A stretch of 64,000 nt of DNA from Callorhinchus milii (Eukaryota), in NCBI RefSeq assembly GCF_018977255.1, contig NW_024704742.1, forward strand, positions 116,438,001 to 116,502,000. The letters are read 5' to 3'. The position numbers and the translations under genes are program-made. The notes beneath the pieces are model-generated. The model searched no databases. It saw only the letters and a list, made by a program, of their open reading frames with translations, and was not told where the DNA came from. This document shows, piece after piece, positions 1 through 11,265 of this stretch. How positions within the stretch are numbered: the first letter of the stretch is position 1; each line of letters opens with the position of its first letter.

Positions 1-71
1 ACAGGGCCTTGAAGGTTGAGGTGGGAGGACAAGCGGTGGAGAAGGATAGCGTGGTCGACCGTATCGAATGC
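1..71 (-). mobile_element. Inverted 5' segment of L2 LINE (RT domain), runs off the window start
   Basis: Reverse complement translates AFDTVDHAILLHRLSSHLNLQGP, an L2/CR1 RT motif; matches ILLHRLSSHLNL in the L2 copy at 40231-41380. Confidence 0.85.
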
Positions 72-1119
72 TCCCCCTTGGTGACATGGGGTTAACTTCC
101 ACATGGGGTTAACTTCCACATATATGCGGATGACGCCCAACTCAACCTTACCTCCTCTACCCTCAACTCCACGACCACCCATCAGTCTGCCTGTCTGACA
201 TCGAGTCCTGGACGAGAGACAACTTTCTTCAGCTCAACGTGCGCAAAACTGAGGCCCTCCTGATTGGCTCACCTCAGCGCCTCCGCACCTCAGGCGCTGA
301 CAGCATCAGCATCCAAGGCTGCACTCTCCACCTCTCAAAGCCAGTCAGGAACCTCGGGGTTCTGTTCGACCCTGAGCTGTCCTTTCTTCCTCATATCCGC
401 GCCACAACTGGCACCGCCTTCCATCACCTCCGGAACATCGCCAGACTATGGCACTACCTCACCTCTCACGCTGCTGAAACACTGGTCCACGCCTTTATCA
501 CCTCAAGGCTGGACTATGGGAACTCTCTCCTCGCCGGCCTTCCCGGCACCTCCCTCCACAAGCTGCAGGTCATTCAGAACTCTGCAGCTCGTGTACTGTC
601 CCGCACCAGGCTTCGGGACCACATCACTCCCACCCTCGCTCGCCTCCACTGGCTCCCCATCCCCCAGAGGATCGAATTCAAGATCTTCATCCTCACCTAC
701 AAGGCCATTCACGGCCTCGCTCCCTCCTACCTCTCCGACCTACTATCCCCCTACTTACCTGCCCGTACCCTCCGTTCCTCTGGCTCCAGTCTGCTCCACA
801 TCCCCCGCCCCAACCACCTTACCATCGGTGGCCGGGCCTTCAGCCTCTCAGTCCCTCGGCTCTGGAACGCCATCCCCCAGTGCCTTCACCTTGCCTCCTC
901 CCTTTCCTCCTCCAAGGCCGGTCTCAAGACCTTTCTTTTCAACCGTGCCTTCAGCTCCACTCTCAACTGTCTACCCCCTCCTCGCTCCCTCCCTTCCCTC
1001 CCCTCACCCTGACTATTTCCCCCCTGCTCGGGTCCTAACCCAACTGTCCAGCGCCTTGGGACGTCCTCCCTACGTAAAAGGCGCTCTATAAATGGAATCT
1101 TGTTGTCGTTGTTGTTGTT
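72..1119 (+). mobile_element. L2-clade LINE, 5'-truncated (RT YADD region, ORF2 C-terminus, 3' tail)
   Basis: LPLGD..GVNFHIYADDAQL, then ORF 239..1012 with VRNLGVLFD, LVHAFITSRLDYGNSLL, LHWLPIPQRIEFKI; 3' stem-loop and (TTG)n tail. Confidence 0.95.
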
Positions 1120-1124
1120 AAAGC

Positions 1125-1461
1125 ATATCGCAGGATTCACTGTAAACTCTGTATTTTTGTAGAAGAATGCGGCAGCCAATTTGTACCATAAACAACCATG
1201 AAGTGAATGACCAATTTTATCTCTGGTGAATTGTAAACCAGGACCCCAGGCAAGGCCTTTCTCCTTTCAAATAGTGTCACAAAATCTGTAGCATCCACCT
1301 AACATCCATGAACTGGCAGACTGGACCTTGGTTTAACATCTCATCTGAAGGATGGCACCTCCAACAACACATTGCATCCAGGCAATGTATCAGACTGAGT
1401 TCAAACATGGAATTTGTTTTTGACTCAGAGGCAAAAGTGCCACCATCAGAGCCAGGCTGAT
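1125..1461 (-). mobile_element. Old tRNA-derived DeuSINE (SacSINE1/LmeSINE-like)
   Basis: Reverse complement gives head tcagcctggctc..., body ggaggtgccatccttcagatgagatgttaaacc and Deu core aaattggctgccgc. Confidence 0.8.
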
Positions 1462-2204
1462 AGTGGTGTGCTGCTACTGCACGGTTAACTTTCAAAAAGT
1501 TATTAAAGGAGAGGTGTCGCTGTTTATGAAGGGAGGGTGAAGTTAGCCAGAAAAAATAATAAGCTTACACACAAGCAAATTAATGATACTGCATTTCCAC
1601 AATACAATGATTTTTCTCAACACAACTTCCATTACTGATTATCGAATTATGTGTTTGCAAATACAGAGGAAAGCTTTGCCAACCTCAGTAAAACTCCAAT
1701 GTTGCTTTATCTTAGTGCCAGTCAGACAGTTTGCTCTGAGTTAAAATCTCTTAAGCTGCATGCATTTACTACAATATAAATACAAGAACATGTATGCTTT
1801 ATTGAATAATAGATTTTACAAACACCATATGTTATGTCCCAAGAGATTTTGCAGTGGCTTTAGTTTTTGTGTATGATTAATAGAGCTCACTGGCAGATTG
1901 ACTGTGTTAGGTAATTCAGATTAGTAACATATTGTAGGTTTGATGAGAAAATAGGTGTTGAAAATTATTTGGAGAGATGCCAAAATAGTGACATTGACTA
2001 GAGGATTGAAAGAGCATATTACATTAATGTTCAAACCATTAAAGATATGTGTTCCACAATATAGAAAAAAACATCCTGTCACATCCGCTTGCATTCAAGT
2101 AATTCTGGTTCTAACACTTTCAGGGGCGACTAAGCAGCACACATTTCCACTAACCTGTTGTACCTGGTATTAAATGTAACCCAGACCTAAGGGATAACAT
2201 TTTC

Positions 2205-2460
2205 ATTGATATAATACCATTGATCTAACGCTTCTTACATTGAAATGTCTCAAAGCTCTTCACAAATAATTTCTGTCATACAAACAGCCATGGGATGAAT
2301 GATCAAGACCACCAGAAGAGACTTTTCTTTTTGAATAGTGCCATGGGATCTTTAACTTCCAATTGATGGGCAGACAGAACCTAACTTTAACATTTTATCT
2401 GAAAGACAGCAGGACTGCTTCAGTACTGCATTGGAGTATCAGGCTGGACCATGAGCTCAA
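2205..2460 (-). mobile_element. Old DeuSINE fragment
   Basis: ttgaatagtgccatgggatctttaac motif shared with the other copies. Confidence 0.7.
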
Positions 2461-2559
2461 AGACCCAACACTCTAATATAAAATGACATTAGCAAGTCCG
2501 TTCAAGTTATCAATTCTTTAGTCATATATTTGCAATATAAAACAACATTTTATTCACAC

Positions 2560-2772
2560 TAAAGAGGCTATCTCATCAGAGGTGCCACAGGATGCATGCA
2601 GCTGGGAGTGCTTTTCTGAGATTGGGGCTGAGGCATAGTATTTCAGACAGAGACAAGGAAACATTGCTCTGCTTCAAAGCACATCATGGGAGCACTTGAT
2701 ACTGACCATGAAAAGTTTTCCATTCAACTTCACTAACATTGCCTAATTTAATGAGTACAAAATTCAACAAAA
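2560..2772 (+). mobile_element. LF-SINE-like 3' half, degraded
   Basis: ggggctgaggcata ... tttaatgagtacaaaattcaac plus A-rich end resembles the recalled LF-SINE 3' region. Confidence 0.45.
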
Positions 2773-2787
2773 AGGAAAAGAAAGCAG

Positions 2788-3038
2788 CAAACCAATAGGT
2801 CACAGGTTCAGGGTTGCAAAAGGCAATTTCAAATAGACACCAGAAAGCATTTCTTTACACAAAAGACAATTAATAACTGGAATGGGTTACCAGGAAGGAT
2901 AGGTTAAGGGCAGGACAATGAAATCATTCAAGAATCATTTTAACACTGCAATGGGAGGGCAGTAGTGTGGGTAATCTGGAAGGAAGAGATCAAATGGGCT
3001 GAAGGGCCTTCTTCAACCAAACCCCCTTTGTGATCTTT
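2788..3038 (+). mobile_element. CR1 LINE 3' fragment
   Basis: Translates to GHRFRV..RKHFFTQ..NWNGLP; 3' UTR atgggctgaagggccttc. Confidence 0.75.
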
Positions 3039-4519
3039 TGAGAAACAAAGCCTGAGATACTGACTTTCAACTATCAAGTTATTAATTTTTACTTTTATTT
3101 ATTGTGTGGATGACTGCAGAATATATCAAAGGTGAAAGTCTTGCCAATAAGAGGAGTAACTTTGACAATGTGCAAATTTAATGGAAAAATTATCAAGTCA
3201 CTGCACTTTCCATCAAGAGGAATTCCTCACCCCTAGGATCTCCAGAGAATTACAAATGAGAGGTCTCAAAATTCAACCCAGTAAGATCACTTGTGTTAAA
3301 ATTTCAGTAAAATTCTTAAATTTAGTCTTAATTTGGAAGATGGTTTTCTCCACCATTTGTAGAAAACCAGCATCCAAATATTGACTGAATTTGAGAACTT
3401 TCCACAATTCAGTTTGATGTTCAATTTTAAGAGCAAAATGGTCTTAGCAGCTGAGAGCGCATGAATTTTGGGTTGAAATATTGTTTCAGTTTGATTGTGA
3501 TTTTTATTGGGAAGCACTAGTCCATTTGTAGGCAAGGTTTTCTCTATATCTACTCTGTACATAATGAGCCATTGCTTACATTAGGAAGTGTTTAGATAGG
3601 GACAAAGCCAGAAAAGCTGTTTATGTTTTCCTTGCGGACATTCATGAGCAGCACAATGGTGCATTTTGATTATTTTTNCATTGTGCCTAGTGTTAGCATC
3701 AATCCAAAAGAGATTTGCTAAACAGTTTTTCATGAAGACCATCCCCTTTAAAAAGAGAAACAGGAAGGCCACAGGGAATAAAGGACCATGGCTCCGATTG
3801 TGTTTCTTCCAAAAGAAACAGACTGCTTTTCTCTTGTCAGCCAAACAGAGCTATAATAAGCCATCAATGGGCATTGTAGAACACTCTGCTTTTTGCACTG
3901 CAAGGTCAATTGCTTTTGTTTCTTTTTGAAGTGTATGTAGCATACACATTTGTCTATTAACGCAGGTGCACAAGTGTAGAGGCATCATCTTTCTAAGGGA
4001 ATAACTAAATGGTCATGAAATGGCTTTGGACTAGGTCAGGGCCACAAGTATCTTCTAATCATCTTGAATATTTTAAGCACTCTGAGACGCTGTCACATGT
4101 GAATGGCGCTATATAAATGAAAGTTGTTGTTGCACATGACATCTCCCATCTTTGCCAATGTGCAATCAGTACTGGTCTGTCCAAAATCTACTCAGATGCA
4201 TGTTCCTGGATCTCTATCTTTCCACTGCCAGGGACTATGCAATGCAGTAAAGTGATAATGTATCTTTACGGATCTTTAAAGTCATTCTTTAACTGAATTC
4301 CACCACAAATGCAGTGCCTCGTTTTTGTGATGAAAGTCAATGCAGAATATATCAAAGTGAAAGTCTTGCCAATAACGGCAGCCAAATGATGAATTTTATC
4401 TGGTGGTTGTTGGGCAAAACAAGAGAGAAGCTCCCTTATCTTTCCAAACAGTGGTATTGGATCTTTAACATCCAGCTGTTAAAAAAAATTAAATCTGCCC
4501 TTATGTACTACAGCCATTG

Positions 4520-4930
4520 CAGTCTAGCTGATATATTCAGAAACCCATCAACATGCATAAGTGTATCCAACCCACATGAGAGTTCCACATATGTATGTCA
4601 CCTGTACATGACAATTTCCCTGTGTCCGAAAGGGAAAGCACATTCTCTCTCCGTTTACCTATTCCAAAAATTATTAGGTCCAGATTGGCAAGAGCATCAG
4701 GACACAAGTGTGTACCTTAAGGTACTGTTGGGATGTAACCAGCTAAAACCGCAGACCCATTGTGAGCACTGTCCGGCAAGCTTCTTGCTGCTTATCCAGC
4801 TAGGAATACCCTACTCTTTAGGAATTTAGCTTGCAGGGTTAACGTGAGCTTAGTGGGAAGAATCTCTGCTCCCAGTGACCGGCTTGCCCCTCCAAGTCCT
4901 AACGATAACCCAGGCTGGCTGGTCTGCCAC
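4520..4930 (-). repeat. Unclassified A-tailed interspersed repeat (family X)
   Basis: Reverse complement shares ttggatac.ctt..gc.tg.tgatgggtttc and aagcagcaagaagcttgcc with copies at 8720, 18497, 46118. Confidence 0.7.
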
Positions 4931-4996
4931 CAATATCTTGCTTTGCAAAATACAGGGATCTTTTTAAGAATGATATTACAACTTGAATTGTGTCAA

Positions 4997-5210
4997 ATAA
5001 TAACAATAATAATCCTTGCATTTGATATAACGGTTTTCACATCTTCTAGACGTCTCAAAGCGCTTCACAGAATATACTGTAAATTGAATTGACTGTATAT
5101 TTGTGGGCGAAACACGGAGGCCAATTGCATACAGCAGTGTCCCACAAACAGTTGTGGATTGAAGTGACCAAAAAAATGTAATATTTTTTCTTGAGAGATT
5201 ATTATCAGGC
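4997..5210 (-). mobile_element. Young SINE, headless 3' portion
   Basis: Deu core plus tail tgtgaagcgctttgagacgtctagaagatgtgaaaaccgttatatcaaatgcaaggattatt on the minus strand. Confidence 0.9.
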
Positions 5211-5456
5211 ATAACAATGACAGTAGAGTTAGCCAATTAATCATACCTATTGTCAGTGACCCAGCTGTCACTTGTCTGTCAACTTGCAAAGTTAAGGAAC
5301 ACATTATAATTATACCTGAGTTTTGCCTTTAGCATACTACTGGAATTAACAATAAATCATTCCAGTGATGACTTGCTAAAATAATTTCTTAGATACTAAT
5401 GTTCCAAAGCAAACTCTGTAATGACTCAGAGAATGTTTCCTTTGAACTTATATTCA

Positions 5457-5551
5457 TAATAATCCTTGCTTTTCATATAGCGCCTTATCACGTTGTTGAG
5501 AAGTCTCAAAGCGCTTCACAAACTATACTGTATTGTATATTTTGTGGGCAA
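5457..5551 (-). mobile_element. SINE 3' tail fragment
   Basis: ataataatccttgc..atagcgccttatcacg...tctcaaagcgcttcaca. Confidence 0.8.
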
Positions 5552-5989
5552 AACCTACCATATATAATATATATGCCACAAAGGTTTTTTGTGAAAACGA
5601 TTATATACAAGATGTGACAGAACTTCATTAATTAAATCTATTTAATGATATATCCCAAGGCAAAGTACTAAGGTAGAACTGGATCCACCTTGAAACAGTA
5701 TGTAAAATAGTGTGTCCTATGTCATTAGCAACAAGCAACAAACCTTTTGCCAATACACATTTCTGTCTTAAAGATACACACACACATCACTGCCACTAAG
5801 TGCCATGCCCCATCTACAGTACCAACACTTATAGAATTCTTTACTTCATAATTCTTTACATTTACTCTTTTTTAAACCAATATTTTGAAAAACCAATAAA
5901 GGAGTGTAGCACTAACCAGTTTCTTATAATTCCTAACTCACCTTCCTGTAGCCTGTGTTCATCCAAATGCTTTGTGGCCCTAAACAATG

Positions 5990-6164
5990 CAGACTGAGTG
6001 AGTCCATGCTGAGTAGTTGGTCTCAGCTGGTGCGTGGGTTGGGCAGATATCGCTGACCTCCCTTAGCTAGAGAGGGAAAACTCAGCCAAGGTTTCCAATC
6101 TGATTCCTGTTCAGTAGTTCCTGCTGAAAAGTGTGTGAAAGTGGACTGGCTTGGGTTTTGCTGT
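5990..6164 (+). mobile_element. Ancient tRNA-derived SINE (AmnSINE2-like), partial
   Basis: tgctgagtagttggtctcagc...gggaaaactcagccaaggtt; related to copies at 57320 and 60040. Confidence 0.5.
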
Positions 6165-6838
6165 GGTGACATCATCTGCAGACATGGGGTCAACTTCCAC
6201 ATGTATGCAGAAGACACCCAACTGTACCTCTCTGCTTCCACCCTTGACTCCAGGATCACTGCTGTCCTAACAGAATGTCTGTCAGACATCAAGTCCTGGA
6301 TGAGAGCAAACTTTCTACAGTTGAACGTCAACAAGATTGAGGCTCTCCTGATTGGTTTCTGTCAGCGCCTCCTCACCTCATGCACTGACATCATCACCAT
6401 CCATGGTGCACACTCCACATTGCTAAACCAGTCTGGAACCTTGGAGTCTTGTTTGACTCTCAACTATCCTTTCTACCCCACACCTGTGCCATGACCCACT
6501 CTGCTTCCCCCACCTCCGCAATATCGCCCGGCCTGCTTCACGTCCCCACCTCGCTCATCCCACTATTGGCAGGCGGGCCTTCTGCCACTCTGCCTCCACC
6601 CTCTGAAACTCCATCCCACAATGATTTAATCTTGCCCCCTCCCTTGCCTCCTTCAAGACCCATCTCAAGACCCTCCTCTTTGACCATGCTTTTGATCACC
6701 CTGCTTCCCCCCCTGCCCTCCGCTGTCCCCAATTCCCACCCCCAGCTCGAGTCCGAAACTCTGTCTGTCCAGCACCTTGGGATGTCCTCCTAATGTGAAA
6801 GGAACTATACAAATGTAATTTTGTTGTTGTTGGTGGTG
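6165..6838 (+). mobile_element. L2 LINE fragment with ~340-bp internal deletion
   Basis: GDIICRHGVNFHMYAEDTQLY..CLSDIKSWMRANFLQLN; jumps near 6532 relative to the 72-1119 copy; (TTG)n tail. Confidence 0.9.
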
Positions 6839-7089
6839 ATAGTGTTGCTCCCATGATTAAATAGCTTGTCACATAGATGAATTACTGAAGGCCTTCTGGC
6901 TCTCATCACACCACACGTCAGTATAAGATCCTATCTCGAGGAGGGGAGGCGGAGAAAGGGCCAAAAGATGGGGAAAGCACCTGACCAAGTATTTTGTGTC
7001 TGTTACATCTTATAACCCAAAGATGATGAACATTAAATATTTACAAATCCCTTATATTATCATCGTGAATAATGGCATTAAACATATAG

Positions 7090-7517
7090 AGTAATAATAG
7101 TCTTTTTATGTGCTGAAGCACTCTCACATCAGAGGGGGCGTCTCAAAGCGCTTCATTGGATTTACAGTCAAGTGTAGTGATTTTATTTTGTAGGCAAACC
7201 CAGCAGCCAATTTGAACACAGCAATGTCCACAGACAGCCATGAAGTGAATGATACTTTTTATCTGGGGGATTGCTGACCAGGACCCTGGGAGAAATTTCT
7301 TTTTTCTATTTGAATAGTGTTAAGGAATCTTTAACATCCACCTAAACAGGCAGATGGGATCTCATTTTTGCAATTCACTGGAATCTGCAAAATGCAACGC
7401 TTCTTCACAATGTATTGAAGTGTCAGCCTTGGCTCTGAGTTCAAAATCCTGACATGGGGCTTGCACCCACAACCTTCTGACTCAATGATGAGAGTACTAG
7501 TAATTGAGCCAGGTTGA
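7090..7517 (-). mobile_element. Old DeuSINE, near full length
   Basis: Head aacctggctcaatt..tgagtcagaaggttgtggg, Deu core and tail, all on the minus strand. Confidence 0.8.
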
Positions 7518-7919
7518 TATACTGTAGGATTTATCCAAAGACCTAGATTGTAAAGTGGAGGTTTGATGGGACAGCTGGCAGTGATCAAAAAGTACAGAGA
7601 CTTGGCACAATTTCATTTTGCATTCAGCCCATATGCAGGTTATAATGTTCTGCCTTGGGTTTACAATGTTGTTGCAGGTAGCCAATCTGAAATAGCAGCC
7701 TTCCAGCTCCAGTCGTGGGGCCCTTTTAACCTTTCCCAATTTTATGCTGTTTTGTTTTCCTGCGTGTTTGTTACACCTTCTCTGTACGTTCATATTTTCT
7801 GCATAATTCTACATCTCTTGATGTTGTGGACATCAGAAATAATAAAGCGTATTGAGGGCAAATCTGCTTGGCGCAAAATCAGAACAAATTGTAATTTCTA
7901 TCCACTAAAGCGAATATTC

Positions 7920-8113
7920 AAAGTCTTAATTGTTTGAGTATTTAAAAAGCAAATGGCTAAGTACTGGAGGAGAAATTATATTAATGGGTATGGGGAAGGA
8001 GCAGATGTTTTGGAATAATATACAGTAAATAGCTCCAGCGGGAGAGCTAGCATGAGCGCATAAATTGGCAGAACAGCCTTCTTCTGTGCTGTAAACCTTC
8101 TAAGATCCTAAGA
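7920..8113 (+). mobile_element. CR1 3' end fragment
   Basis: gggtatggggaaggagcag...gccttcttctgtgctgtaaaccttctaagatcctaaga, with degenerate 8-mer tail. Confidence 0.6.
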
Positions 8114-8719
8114 CATGTAAATAGTGGCACGTTTGTGCATAGTGAGTCTCCAATGAAGTAAAAGTTAAGGGTGAACTAAATTTTTTTCAAAGCACCCCAT
8201 GATGCTCTCCGAGAGCTGTTTTGGTTCCAAACATTACATTAAAAATAGAAAATGCAAATGGAACCTGTTTCTAGGCAAAGCTTCAAGCCTTGGGGAATGT
8301 TGGGCGGCATCCCATTTTTGAGCATGTTAATCACCTCCTACTCCAGTGTTGAAATGTTTCTGATCTGTGCCGTTTGGCACTGAATCAGTTGATTTTGGCA
8401 CAGGGTTCATTTGTGAAAGCAAAATGCCGCAAAATTGTTGACATTGCAAATTCCCTGCAAGTGGCTCAAAATAAAATATTGCGACTGTTGCTGATAGATT
8501 AGGTAGTAAATTGTCAGAGTAGGGCTAACAGCTACGCACCAGAAGCTTTCACCACCAGACTAACAGACAGCAACCAATGACAACTAAATCAGCTTCCTCT
8601 TTGCTGAGATTCAGCTTTTTCCCCCCTAAAATACCCCACAGTAGATTATAGTGAATTGTTCCCCAACAATTTCTCTCCATCAATCAGCTTGGCTCAGTTG
8701 TCCCCAAGGAACATTCTTG

Positions 8720-9210
8720 GGAGGGGTTGGGGAGATAAGTGAGGTCTCCTTGGTGTTGAGCAGGCTCCAAGATGACATGCTTGGCGACAGATTGTCGGAA
8801 TTGAGTCAATCTTCTGTGGTGGTCTCAATTGTTCAGTATCTGAGCCAGAAAGGTCTTTAGTATTCCAGGGCACTGCTGATGATACACCAACCAGCCTGGC
8901 GCAACAGCCAGACTTGGAGGGGCAGAATAGGCGCAGGGATTCTTCCCTCTCGGCTCCTCTAAACCCCATGAGCTAAAACTCCAATGAGTTGGGTGGTGTC
9001 AGGTGGACAAGCAGTGGAACATTTGCCAGACTAAATTTACACCTAATATTTTCCAGAATTAGGCAAACAGGGTGCATCCCACTCCAGAAAGAGTGTGCAT
9101 TCTTTTCCAGACACAGAAATGTCCATGTCTAGGTGACATACATGTGTGGAATTGTCACTCTGATTTGGATAATTTTAAACACAGTCATGGGTTTCCACAT
9201 ACTGTATGTC
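8720..9210 (+). repeat. Family X copy
   Basis: ttggcgacagattgtcggaattgagtcaatcttctgtggtggtc aligns with 18518-18562. Confidence 0.7.
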
Positions 9211-9244
9211 AAACAATTTTTTTTTCCCCCCAAAAAAATTGACC

Positions 9245-9603
9245 CTAACTCAGAGTGTTCAAACCCCACATTAAGACGTTAAATTCATAATCGAGGCTGA
9301 TAGTCCCATAAAGTGCTGGGGAAACTGACTTGTTACAACTTTGTTCCTTCATAAGAGAGGTTAAGTTCCCATCTGTCTGCTCTGGTAAATGTTCAAGATT
9401 CCATGGCACTATTCGAAAAGAGAAGGGAGTTCCTCCAGGTGTCCTCGCCAACAATTCCCCAAATAAAAACAAATGGTCATTCACTTCCTGTCTGGTTATG
9501 GGACATTGCTATGCTCAAATTGCCTATGTGTACACAGGCACCACACTTTAAGAAATCTTTGAGACGTTTCAAAGTAATAATCAAATGCAAGGATTATTAT
9601 TAA
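9245..9603 (+). mobile_element. Old DeuSINE
   Basis: ccatggcactattcgaaaagagaagggagtt, Deu core, tail atcaaatgcaaggattattatt. Confidence 0.8.
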
Positions 9604-9949
9604 TACCACTGTCGCCAAGTAATGAAGGAGAAAGAGAAGACTCCAATTCTCCAGTTCAGCACACAAAGCTACACAGGCATTCAATGGGTCTATTAGATAT
9701 GGAGGATGGTAGTGGGTGGGGGTGGGGTGGTGGCTGGAGAGAGGAACTCATCTCAATCTATTTGCAATTTCCTCTTGGAAATGGGACAAATATTTGGAGG
9801 ATCTCCAACCTCCCAGAAAATTGCATCCAAGTATTGGCTGGGTTATTTTTTTTCAACCCACAGGCAGCATCCCAAACTTCTTTAACAGGACGTCAGTTTA
9901 GGATTCCTCCTGCAGGTCTCAAAATCACAGTACTCCCAGATAAAACTAG

Positions 9950-10112
9950 TCCTGGCCGTTTGTGGGACATTGCTGTGGGCACATTGATTGCCTCGTTCAC
10001 CCATAAAGTGCACAGTCATTACATTTCACAGTAAGATCATGTGAAGCACTTGGAGACATCTTGACAATGTGATAAGATGCTATATCAAATGCAAGGATTA
10101 TTATTATTATTA
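9950..10112 (+). mobile_element. DeuSINE 3' fragment
   Basis: tgtgggacattgctgtg ... tatatcaaatgcaagga(tta)n. Confidence 0.8.
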
Positions 10113-10169
10113 CCCCTGCTCACAGAGATCAGTTTAGGAACTCATCGTTGCAAATCAACTTAGTTCATA

Positions 10170-10740
10170 TCTCTCCCCCCAATCTCTACTCGAACCCCTC
10201 CAGTCCAGGTTCTGCCCTACCCATAGCACAGGGACAATGCTTGTCAAAGTAACAAATTACGTCCCCTCTCTGTGACCAGAGCTCCCTCTGCCTCCTCGTT
10301 CTTCTGGAACTCTCTGTCACATTTGACAGTCGATTACGCCATTCTCCTCCACCACCTCTCCTTCCTCATCCACCTTAGTGAGACCGCCCTCGTATGGTGC
10401 GAATCCTTTTTAACAAACCGGCAACATCTCAGCAAATGTTTTTTCCTCACGCCACCACCCGGTCATCTGAGGGGTACACTAAGGCTTCATCCTTGACCCC
10501 CTTCTTTTCCTTTTCCACATACTCCCTCTCAATGATGTTATCCGCAGACATGGGGTCAACTTCCACATGAATGTGGATGACACCCAAATCTACTTGTCCT
10601 CCTCCAGCTGCGAGTCCCAGTCTGCTAATGTCCTGTCAGCTCTTGTTTATCTGCTTCCTTCAAATGTCTCCAGGGTCTTGCCTCACCTTATCTCCGCAAT
10701 GTCTTACAATTCTGCTCCCCATCCACTCTCTGGCATGCTT
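10170..10740 (+). mobile_element. Degenerate L2 RT fragment
   Basis: LEPLQSxFxPxHST..LVKVTN, FDSxDYAILLHHL-like and RHGVNFHMNVDDTQIY motifs. Confidence 0.8.
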
Positions 10741-10743
10741 AAT

Positions 10744-11040
10744 GTCCTGTAGCTCAGTGGTTAGAGCACTCGCCTTGCAAGCGAGACACCTGGACAATCT
10801 TGGACAAGTTTTCTTACTCCACACGCCTAATAATAATCCCTCCAACACAAAACAATAATAAATTGGTCATTTTCAATCCACGACTGTTTGTGAGACACTG
10901 CTGTGCGCGATTGGCTGCTGCGTTTTGCCCACAAATATACAGTCAATTAACTTTACAGCATATTCTGTGAAGCACTTTGAGATGTCTAGAAGACGTGAAA
11001 AGTGCTATATCAAATGCAAGGATTATTATTATTATTATTA
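10744..11040 (+). mobile_element. Young tRNA-Ala-headed SINE, B-box deleted
   Basis: gtcctgtagctcagtggttagagcactcgcc head lacking ggttcgattcc; Deu core; (TTA)n tail. Confidence 0.9.
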
Positions 11041-11049
11041 ATGTTGCTC

Positions 11050-11265
11050 ACCAACTCTACTGTCCAGCTTTCTGGTCTCAGCTACATTTCCTGATAACCT
11101 GTTCCAGTCATTACTTACCCTCAGGATAAAGAAATATTTCCTGGTGTCTGTCCCGAAAATGCCTTCTGCAAACTTAAACCTATTTTGGATGCTGTCTCAG
11201 TGCATCCCAAACTATTGTTCTGAGTTTACTTTTTCAATTCTATTTAAGATCTTGTATACCTCTCT
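11050..11265 (-). mobile_element. CR1 fragment, degraded
   Basis: Reverse complement ggtttaagtttgcagaaggcattttcgggacagacaccaggaaatatttcttt resembles the CR1 ORF2 end. Confidence 0.55.

Noticed and set aside
264..1091. 275-aa Ser/Pro-rich ORF
   Set aside because: Alternative frame of C-rich L2 sequence, not an independent gene
3678..3678. Single ambiguous base N
   Set aside because: Assembly ambiguity with no biological meaning
4314..4829. 171-aa ORF
   Set aside because: Spans a SINE fragment and the antisense of family X; no domain or coding signature
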